Part shown: in pieces, positions 54,383 through 64,000 of the stretch | How the letters are laid out: every line of letters starts with the position of its first letter | Numbering within the stretch: position 1 is the stretch's first letter | Source of the DNA: Proteromonas lacertae | Taxonomy: Eukaryota | Assembly (NCBI GenBank): GCA_002245135.1 | Contig: NGBS01000879.1 | Location: 62,001-126,000 of the forward strand | Reading direction: 5' to 3' | Length of the DNA: 64,000 nucleotides | Translations under genes and position numbers: made by a program | The notes under the pieces: model-generated | Database searches by the model: none | What the model saw: only the letters and a program-made list of their open reading frames with translations | Told to the model about the DNA's origin: nothing

Positions 54383-54918
54383 TATAATAATAATAATAAT
54401 AATAATTCAATATTAAAGAATTCTATTGATAATTCTTTCTTTTCTTCTTCGCTTATTCCATCTAGATTGATTATTCCAATTGATGAAAATGTTTGTAAAA
54501 ATGATATAAATTCTGATTTCTCAATATTTTCATTTAAAGTTATTGATAATTCATCCAAACAGTCAAATACTTCCATACTATTTTTCATTAATCTCAGTAC
54601 ACTTTCATATAAAACATTATCTAATATGTTTATATTTCTTAATGGTTTATAATGATTTAATCTTTTAATAACTCTATATGTGGAAATAATAATTTCATTC
54701 CTTCATCTCCTATTTCATTTCCTTATAAACGAAATTGTTTAAGATATCATACTACTCAAATCTATTTTACATACACTTATTAATTCATTTAATCTTAATA
54801 AAACGAATAATTTGAATATATTGTCACTAATCGAGGATTAATTTTAATTACTAAAAAGAAAATGTCTAATTAATACTGAAATGGATTTATCAATTAACAA
54901 TTCTTTGTTTAGTTTCAT
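54379..54918 (-). CDS. Small LRR-containing hypothetical protein; 5' structure unresolved
   Basis: IDLS..NEIGDEGMKLL repeat after a GT-AG intron; open to TAA at 54379-54381. Confidence 0.35.
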
Positions 54919-55068
54919 ATCAAAGATAACTCTGGAAAATGGAAATTCGGAGAATAAGAATTTTAATCCAGTTGATTTTATAGCAATTATTTTAACTAAT
55001 AAATAATATTCACACAACAATAAAAAACTATTCAAATAAAATAATAATAATAAATCATAACAAAACAT

Positions 55069-56207
55069 TTAATTGTTCTTCTTATTGTCTATTTCATCAT
55101 TACCTTCATAAGTAGCACCTGTAGCTTCAGAAGATTCACTTGCCAAAGTATTTAACATTTTAATAAACATTAAAAACCACATTCTATTCATAATATATAA
55201 CAAATACATACACATGAAGTAAAATCAAAACCCAACATAATACAATTTGAGCTTGTAGCATAGGTATTTTAAACCAAGCTCCTATTGAATATAATTTCCA
55301 ACCAGGATATAGTAGTTTTGCATATGGTGCTACATGTATAATCATCGCTCTTGGGAAGAGATACAATCTACTTATAAACCAGGTGATTAAATTAAGTATA
55401 AAAAATGATTCAGATAAATAATATCCTTCTTTATGATAGGCATGGATGTGATTCATTATTTTTACAGTTTCTACAATAATATCTGAAGATTCATGAATCT
55501 ATAATACATTATGAATAAAAAAATAAAAAAATATAAAATATACCAACATAATAAAAACACCATAACCTCTAGTTCCATAAGAAAAACTTAACAATTCCAA
55601 TGATATTGTAGTTAAATGATGTGTGAACATCATATAATAATCTGCTCTTCTAGCTTCGAAGAATCTATGTCTAATTGAAGAATAAGTCCATATTCCTAGT
55701 TGAAATGCATAAATAGAGATCATTGCTTTTGAAGCATGTGAATAACGTGGGTCTGGGATGAAAAAGGTATTGTCATCTTCTTTATACCAATTATTCTCAC
55801 TCATTACATAACTAGCAAAAATTGTCATTATTATGTGAGTTAACAATTGCCAACTTTTTTGTACTACCTTCGATAGGGTTATTGGGTTTGATAACGGATC
55901 ATCTATATAATTTGTAAGACAGTAGATATACTATATGGATATTTGTTTAATTTCTTGATTGACCAATCTCTAAACAAAGGTGTAACCAGCTTGTAGTAAG
56001 TGGGAGCTAAAACACTATTTAAAACAGCGAAAAATATATATAGTTCTAAAGCAAATATATTAACTGTATAGAGTTCATATCTATATCAATCATAACTAAG
56101 AATTTGACATACATAGCCCAAATTAATAAAACACACAACGCAGATGTCATTATCCAGTCTAAGAGTGGCTTTTGAACATATACTTTTGCCTTTTTCTCTT
56201 CAGACAT
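55069..56207 (-). CDS. Ceramide synthase / TLC (LAG1) domain protein, copy A (spliced)
   Basis: RRADYYMMFTHHLTTISL..S..GVFIMLIHESSDI..WFISRLYLFP..LLHVYW. Confidence 0.9.
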
Positions 56208-56518
56208 TGGTAAACTCGATTTTTGAAAAATAGAATGAAAAAGTTTGGCTTGATAGAAGATTTTTATTTTTATGAGATAGATGTGTACTTCCAACAATTA
56301 TTTTGGATAATAATGATATTCACTTGCAATCAGAAAGAAAAATAAAGATAAACTAACTCCAGCGTTGGTTTAAAAGAAATAGACTGAATAAAGAAAAAAA
56401 GAGTAGAGAATAGTATATAAATAAAAATAATAAAAATAGATAGTATAAAGAAAAGTAAATAAAGTCAATGAGGAAAGTATAAAATGAAAGATTTGAATAT
56501 ATCATAACTATTAATATT

Positions 56519-57670
56519 TTACTCATTTTTCTGCTTATTATCATTCAATGAAGCATTATCATCACCTTCATAAATCTTTCCAGTATCTTCAGATGATTTT
56601 CTAATGAAAATTAAACATAATTATAAATTTATACGTAAGCATAGTGACTAGCATATTTAAAAATAGTACAAACCAAAATATGTGAAGTATAAGCAGAATC
56701 CAACACAGGTATATTATAACTGATAATGTTGGAAGATAATAAAATGATTTGAAATTGAACAATGAATAATCTGAATATCTATGTCTTGCATAGGGAAGGA
56801 CTTGTTTGTATATTCTTGTAGGGTAAAGATACAATCTACTTATAAACCAGGTGATTAAATTAAGTATAAAAAATGATTCAGATAAATAATATCCTTCTTT
56901 ATGATAGGCATGGATGTGATTCATTATTTTTACAGTTTCTACAATAATATCTGAAGATTCATGAATCTATAATACATTATGAATAAATAGGAATACAAGT
57001 ATAACAAATAATCCAAAAGAAGTTTCTCCATCTTGAAAACTCAATATCTCTAATAAAATCGTAGTTAAATGATGTGTAAACATAACATAAAAATCACGTC
57101 TTCTAGCTTCGAAGAATCTATGTCTAATTGAAGAATAAGTCCATATTCCTAGTTGAAATGCATAAATAGCCGTTACTGCTGATGATGTAGCTTTACCATG
57201 AGGATCTGGATCAAACATTGATTTTGGATTTGTGAGCCAACCATTTAAAGTCATTACATAATATACCCATACAGAGGTGACAATATGAATTAATAACTGC
57301 CATGACTTCTGAGATACTTTTTCCAGTGTTAATGGATTACACATTGGATCATCTATTACAGAGTATAAGACGATGATTTCTGTAAGTATATATATATGTA
57401 CTGAAAGGATATTTGTTAAGAAAATGGGATGATAGATACTTTAACAGTTGTCCAATCAAACGATAGTAAGTAGGAGCAACAATGCTTATTAAAATAAAAG
57501 ATGATAAATAAATCTTCATTGCCAAAATGCTCTCATTGTATAATAGGTAACTAATATAGAAATAAAAATTAATACACAGATGCAGCTACACAAACAAATA
57601 AGCAACATGTCATGAACAGTTCTAGTATTGGCCTTCGATAATACACTTTATCATTGACAGAATTGTCCAT
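56519..57670 (-). CDS. Ceramide synthase / TLC (LAG1) domain protein, copy B (spliced)
   Basis: RRRDFYVMFTHHLTTILL..LIHESSDI..WFISRLYLYP..LHIFWF. Confidence 0.9.
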
Positions 57671-57847
57671 AGTATTTATAAAAAATAAACCAAAATATTA
57701 AATGAAAACAACCAATAGAATTGAGTGATTTAACACATAACCTTTTTGAAAAAAAAGTTAACGAGCACATTATAGTTTTTTAATGATTATTTGACTATTT
57801 TTATATTACACTAGCATTATAAGACAAAACAGCAGTAAATCAATTTA

Positions 57848-58310
57848 TTAGAATCTATTTTTCGTAGAGTAATCTCTAGGTGCATCTACTAAACCTTTTC
57901 CTCGTCTAGCTCCTTTATATACAGTCTCAATTATATCTATTAGGTCTTGTTTATTAGAAAAAGCCCAATTAATTTTATTATTATTACCAGTTCCCAAATC
58001 TACCAACATATGCTTATTGTGATAGAAAAACATTATCGAACAAGGATCATATAATTCATACATGGTATTAAAATCAGGAACTTCTGTTATATCAACCAAA
58101 AATATTACTGCAAAATTCTTTATTTGTTCTGCTATTCCAGCTAGTGTATTATCTGTCTATGAAACAATAAATAAGCAACAAAAAATATACAACCATGCAA
58201 GTAGCATCCCAATCATGTCCAAATCGTATCACAACTACTTTATTCTCTATACTTAAAATAGCTTGATCAACAGCATAACCTGTTCTTAGATGTGGAAGTA
58301 GATAAGACAT
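57848..58310 (-). CDS. DIM1: U5 snRNP protein Dim1 (one intron)
   Basis: MSYLLPHL..VDQAI..VVVIRFGHDWD..VDITEVPDFNTMYELYDP..DLGTGNNNKINW. Confidence 0.97.
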
Positions 58311-58361
58311 TTTAAAATAAATACTAGTATTTATGTGTATTAGAGTGTATTCGTTTTTCAA

Positions 58362-59955
58362 ATGTCAACAGCAAATAATATAGTTCTTAGTCCTTTAAGT
58401 AATGTAGTTCCTGTATTATTTATAATTATTACTTGCCATAGATACGAAATAGAAGGAGTAGTATGAGGAAATCTATGAATGAACAAGCTGTTAAGTTTTT
58501 TGTATTATATAATAGTGTAATATGTTAGAAACAACATACAGATCCCAATACAATAGAAGCAATTCATTTAGCACAAACATTAGGCTTTGAATCTAGTAAT
58601 GTCGGTACTTGGTGCGAATCAATACGATTTTCTGATTTAGTAACAAAAGATATATTTGCAGAAGTATTAAGGAGATCAACAACTGAAGATTTTGATTATT
58701 CTATTTTAAGAACAGTAATGGAACAAGCAAACGATGTAATTGGAATACAAATATTGGATGACCTTATTAGATATTTGTCAGAGGATGGAGACGATATGGA
58801 AATAGATTATGCAGATTTACTAGATCATGTAAAGCATCGTAGGAGAATAATGACAATTATGTATTTCATTAGTGGTACAGAAATACCATCAGTTAAGTTC
58901 TACCGTGATACAACAGGGTTTCAATTTACATCTCCTCCCCAACCGTATTTATATAAAAAAATATATATATATATATAATCTGATAATAGTAAAACTCAAG
59001 TAGTAATGCCATTCCCTGCAATCCATGAAAGAACAGTTCAAAAGGTATTAAAACCACCATCCACAATTCAATTAGACAAATTACACTATTATGAGTTACC
59101 ACCTAAAGCAACAGAGCATCAAAGACATGTACATGATTTAAAATCACAATTGGGAAACTCTTACTCAAAAATGGTTTCACATCAAAGACAAAGTATGAAT
59201 ATTATATAATTTATGTTTTTTTTATATAGTTACAAAATTATTGGGTATTGTTGAAAGACACAATCTATCAGATAAATCAAGAGTTGTATTACGTACAGAA
59301 GCCTGTAAATTATTAGAAATAATCGCTGAAAGTCATATGCAAGATGTTGTTAAAAAGAAATTCATCAGTTGGAAGTTATTTACATTATATAAATCCGTTG
59401 AAAGTCAAGCTGAACAATTTATTAAATTATACAGTGCCAGAAGGATGTATTTAATTTTCCACCAAAATGATAAACGTTTTTTATACAAAGGATATAGTGC
59501 TTTAAAAGATAATTATTTATTCTACAAGAATTTAATATTAGAAGAAAATACAATCGTTATACAAAGATATTGGAGAGAATATTTAAGAATGCAAATACAA
59601 TATTCAGAATATATGATTCAATGTGCAATAAAATTACAAAGCGTATATCGTGGATATAGAGGAAGATTAATCTACAAACAATTGAAATATGAACAAAAGA
59701 AAATCATCTCAGCCTTAACTATACAATGTGCTTATAGGAGTCATAAAGCAAGAAAGTTTTATAAATTATTATATACTACTCGATTAGAATATATTATGTC
59801 TTGTAGAATAAGATTAGCTTGGAGAGTGTATATGAGAATAGTGTTTAAATCATTGTATATTATACATTCAGCATGGTTGAAACATCATTTTAAGAAATTA
59901 AGAAAGGAAAGGATGGCTGCTATTCGTTGCCAGAAATATATTAGAAGTATTTATA

Positions 59956-59990
<35 letters not shown>

Positions 59991-61320
59991 TATAATAATT
60001 AAATAGTGTTTTTAACAAGAATACATTTCAAAAAAGATTTATCTTATACTCACAATGTTAAATTTGTTCAAAAGACAATGAAAGAGATGTTAGAAATAGT
60101 TCATCGTAGAAAAGCGAAAGAAAAGCAAGTAGCAATGATGGCTCAATCCTTATTCAGAGGACATGTAGCAAGACTCAAATACCATGAGATGAGATCTTAC
60201 CATTTGAAAATATTAACAATTCAGAGGTTTTATCGTGGTTATCGTGGTAGAAAAGATGTGATGAATATGTTGGAAGAAAGGAAAGGAGATGTTGCACAAA
60301 AGATAATAGCAAGATGTTGGAGAGCACATGCATATAGAAAGTTTGTAAAATCATTGAAAAAAGTATGTTTTAATTATTAATTATTAATTGTTTATAAATA
60401 GAAAAGATTGGGAGCTTTAGAAATTCAAAGAACATTCAGAGGACATTTAGCAAGAAAATATGTGAAATTATACATAGCAGAATTAGAAAAAGTGATAGAT
60501 AATAGAAAAGAGAGTATTATATTAATACAAAAGATAATAAGAGGTTATCAATGTAGAAGAAGAGTTCAAGAAGTGACAATTAAACATGATGTAAAGAAAA
60601 GAATAGATGATGAAATAGCAAGAAGAAAGAAGAGAGAAGAAGAGTTGTTGGTAGAGAAATATGAAAAAGCAACGAAAATACAAGCATGCATTAGGAGATA
60701 TTTAGCTATTAGATTATTCAAACAAATGAAAATTGTATATTATTAATTGATTATATTTATAAATAGGATAAAGAACGATATGATGCTGCAGTTGTTATAC
60801 AATGTGCTGTAAGAATAAAAGAAGCTAAAGCTCGATTTGAACAAGTTAAAAGAGAACATATTAGAAGAGTCAGAAATGTATATATATATTAATATAAATA
60901 TAGAATGCTGCAACAAAAATTCAAGCCTTTTACAAGATGCATATTGCTAATTTAAAATATGAAATGAAAAGAGAGGAATGTAATGATAAAGAAACTGAAC
61001 TATTTACATTTTATAAGTATTACAAAGCTGCATTAACCATCGAATGTTTATACAGAAGAATCAAAGCAAAGATATATTTAATATATTTGAAAAATCAAGC
61101 AGAGTTATTAGAAGATATGGGAAAACAAGGATATCCATCCTATATGTCTGAAAAAAGAAATAAAGTAAAAGAGAAAAAAGCTGCTGCAAAGATACAAGCA
61201 TTATGGAAAGGTTATAAAACTAGAAAATCATTGGAAAGTATAAGATTTGATCAATTTAGATTGAAGATTCAAGCTGATTATGAAAAGATGTTGGAAATAT
61301 CTAAGCAGAATGTTATTAAA

Positions 61321-61358
<38 letters not shown>

Positions 61359-62505
61359 TATTTTTAATTTAATCAAAATAGATTCAATGTTTTTATAGAA
61401 GACATTTAGCTGAAAGAACTGCAGATTATTTACAGGTATTTATAATATATTATATTTTAGTATAAACAAATGCATAAAGCTGCTTGTATATGTCAAAAGA
61501 TATGGAGAGGTTATGCTGCACGATTATTAAGAAAGAGATTATTAGGAGCAGAAAAACAAGAAGAAGTGAAAGAACAGAAATTCAATGAAAAGAAAATGAA
61601 AATTATATTATGGACACAATCACAATATCGTCGAAGAAAAGCAATTAAGAAATATCTTTTATTAGTATATGCAAAGAAAGAGACAGAATATAATCAATTC
61701 TATCAAATGGCTCGTCAAGCTGCTGCAATTAGAATAACATCCTTCTGTAAGATGGTATTAATAAGGCAAAGTTTCTTAAAGGAAAATCCACAGTTTAATC
61801 ATTCAAATAATGAAAGAGGTGGTGTTGGTGGAGTTAAAAAGGCAAGATCGAATTGGGAACAACATTTTGATTATAAAAAGAAAGAATTCTATTATTATAA
61901 TCCATTCAATGATGTATATTTTCATTTATTTATATTTTAAATAGCAAACTGTTACTGAATGTCCAACTGCCAATATAAAACAAATCAAAAAAGCATTAGA
62001 ATATCAAACATGTGTAGAATGTGATAGAAAACCTGATGTTTGGTGTGTACAATGTAGAGATTTCTACTGTAAAACCTGTTCAATACTATTTCATGATAAA
62101 GGAAAGAGAAAATTACATTTATTAGAATCATTATATCCACCATTAGATGAAACAGATGACAATTCAAAATTAAAACCACCAGAACCAGTTCCAACTCGTT
62201 TCTGTTCATGTTGTAAGATTGAACCTTCTTATTGTCTTTGTAATCAATGTTTAGATAGTTATTGCTTGAATTGTTTTAAGAATCAACATGTTAATTCAAA
62301 GAGTAGACAATGCCATACTTGGGATTATTGTGGATTTACTGAATGGTGTAGTGTATGTAAGACTGTAATTGCTAAAGTGATTTGTCCAGATTGTAAATAT
62401 GCATTTTATTGTGATAATTGTTATACAATTAAACATAGAAAAGGAGGTAAAAGAACTCACAGACCTCGTCCAATTAAACAAGAGTATTTACAGAAGAATA
62501 ATTAA
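58362..62505 (+). CDS. Multi-IQ-motif protein with C-terminal WW and B-box-like zinc fingers (spliced)
   Basis: Many IQxxxRGxxxR motifs; WEQHFD..YYYNP WW; CVEC..WCVQC..YCKTC..H..GK..H B-boxes. Confidence 0.85.
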
Positions 62506-62570
62506 ATATTATATATATATATATATATATATAAGAATATAATTTAAGAATATTTTATATATTTATTTAA

Positions 62571-63500
62571 TTACATGTTTATACTTTCATTATCATCTTC
62601 ATCTTCTTCTTCCTCTTTTCTTTTCTTTTCTTCTTCTTTTTTCTCTTCTTCAGTCATGTACTTCTCTTCAACGTTGTTTCCAAAGAACAGCTTCTGAATT
62701 GAATTACATTTACAATATTCATAGTTGAATTTCTCTCTCAGTTCAACAATTTCATCATTTTCCATATTAACAAAACTAAAATTAAAACATCTCAATAGAA
62801 TTTTCTCATTTTTGTTTTTCTTCTGATTAAATTCATATTTGTAAGATTCAAACAATGAAATGCATGATTTAGTGTCTAATTCTATTGCTCCAGGTATAGA
62901 GCAATCGATTATATTAATATTATACAGCTTACATGACTTCCACAATACACTTTTAATACTTACAGGTTTTTTTATGGTTAAATCACCAATATCAGATTTT
63001 GACATATCATCTTTTATCAATGTAGTTTGATCAATCAATGTATTAGAAGATATTATACAACCTTTCATATTACAATTCTGAATGCAACAGTTTCTTAAAA
63101 AACTATGTTCAATTTTGACATATCTCATGTCACAATTAACAAATCTACATCTAATTAATTCTGAATTGGAGAAGTCAGCGCAAGTAAGCACAGCATTATC
63201 AAATCTAAGCCCAACTAGCTTCATGTGTGTGAAATCTTCGTTTCTAAACTCTACATGATATTGATATTCTGGTTTCTTTTTTGTATTAATATTTACAACT
63301 GTATCTAATATTGATTCTATCTCAAAGACTGATAATTGACCATGGTTGAGATATTGAGTGTTTAAACTATTATAATCTACATCTAGCATATTATAATTTT
63401 TAAAATTAGGTCTAATAAATAAACCAGATTTAGAATTGAGTATCTCGTTTAAATCATCAGTATTAATCTTCTTTAAATGACTTACTTTTATATCTGTCAT
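62571..63500 (-). CDS. Pentapeptide-repeat protein
   Basis: EDFTH MKLVG LRFDN AVLTC ADFSN SELIR CRFVN CDMRY periodicity; intronless 309-aa ORF. Confidence 0.75.
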   Translation of the reverse strand: MTDIKVSHLKKINTDDLNEILNSKSGLFIRPNFKNYNMLDVDYNSLNTQYLNHGQLSVFEIESILDTVVNINTKKKPEYQYHVEFRNEDFTHMKLVGLRFDNAVLTCADFSNSELIRCRFVNCDMRYVKIEHSFLRNCCIQNCNMKGCIISSNTLIDQTTLIKDDMSKSDIGDLTIKKPVSIKSVLWKSCKLYNINIIDCSIPGAIELDTKSCISLFESYKYEFNQKKNKNEKILLRCFNFSFVNMENDEIVELREKFNYEYCKCNSIQKLFFGNNVEEKYMTEEEKKEEEKKRKEEEEDEDDNESINM

Positions 63501-63601
63501 GCTGTATGATTTATTTATAACAAAATTGGAGTTATAGTCTTAACCACTAATAAAATCTATTGATTAATAGAAATAGATCCAGTTATATCAGTTACATTAT
63601 T

Positions 63602-64000
63602 ATGAAATTTTCAAAACTTATCATCCTCTGTGTATTTTTAGTTTATTTTTGCTGCAGTACTGAGGCGAAAGAAAGTCAATTATCTTCCAACAATTCTTCT
63701 TTGGGTTATGGTGATTGGAGTATATTTTATAGAATTATTAGTATGATAGGTATAAAATTTGAAGATGTAAGTATGAACGGTTTTGATATATCAGGAATAA
63801 TTGCTACTAATGAATTAGTAAGTTGTATAGAAGATATTGGATTACATAATTTTACAATAGGATGTTCATGTGCAACACTAGAAAAAGATTCATACAGCGA
63901 TAGTGGAGGTGAAGGAACCAGTTTTTACTGTATGACTCTTGAATTTCAAGGTAGTTGCCCACTACTTGGTTTTTATTTTGGATGCGGTATTAGAGATGAA
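63602..64000 (+). CDS. Secreted hypothetical protein (5' part, runs off the window)
   Basis: MKFSKLIILCVFLVYFCCSTEA signal peptide; frame open to the window end. Confidence 0.55.
   Translation, partial: MKFSKLIILCVFLVYFCCSTEAKESQLSSNNSSLGYGDWSIFYRIISMIGIKFEDVSMNGFDISGIIATNELVSCIEDIGLHNFTIGCSCATLEKDSYSDSGGEGTSFYCMTLEFQGSCPLLGFYFGCGIRDE

Noticed and set aside
244..62481. Short antisense or overlapping ORFs in the track (e.g. 244-582, 24697-24888, 37014-37349, 40646-40894, 56353-56544)
   Set aside because: They are shadows of real genes, tRNA or low-complexity spacers, with no motifs
1..64000. Alternative genetic code or stop-codon readthrough to explain the fragmented ORFs
   Set aside because: Almost all breaks are explained by short introns or single extra bases, and TAA, TAG and TGA all end genes at expected positions
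1..64000. Blastocystis-style stop codons created by polyadenylation (TGTTTGTT downstream motif)
   Set aside because: Similar motifs occur (e.g. minus strand ~26163-26170, ~55058-55067), but every gene I could trace has a genomic stop; this cannot be supported without polyA data

Overview
Very AT-rich, gene-dense eukaryotic nuclear DNA with many short (mostly ~27-45 nt) GT-AG introns and intergenic gaps as small as ~30-50 bp. This organisation and the putative-Ig-repeat surface proteins suggest an anaerobic gut stramenopile of the Blastocystis/Opalinata type; that is inference, not identification. I reconstructed about 30 protein genes by eye, most of them spliced. They include a nitroreductase, G-protein beta, a double-domain PARG, a Cache/7TM/RGS receptor, a GH79, two BTB-Ig-SPRY paralogs, VTI1, two TMEM216/17-like genes, an LPLAT, LIN9, a TTLL3-like gene, HPRT, a bacterial PfoR-like membrane protein, WDR59-like, a Rab, CTC1-like, two ceramide synthases and DIM1. 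There are two tRNA genes. Four observations stand out. (1) A homologous pair of U12-like minor introns (AT-AC and AT-AA) sits in the duplicated PARG gene. (2) About 20 single-base +1 frame breaks occur where the extra base nearly always spells the synonymous alternative of the adjacent codon; these are most likely merged heterozygous alleles and are confined to ~9.4-41.9 kb. (3) A tRNA-Lys gene is nested in an intron. (4) An intronless bacterial-type transporter gene and cilium-associated genes are present. All calls are by-eye motif recognition; no searches were run.
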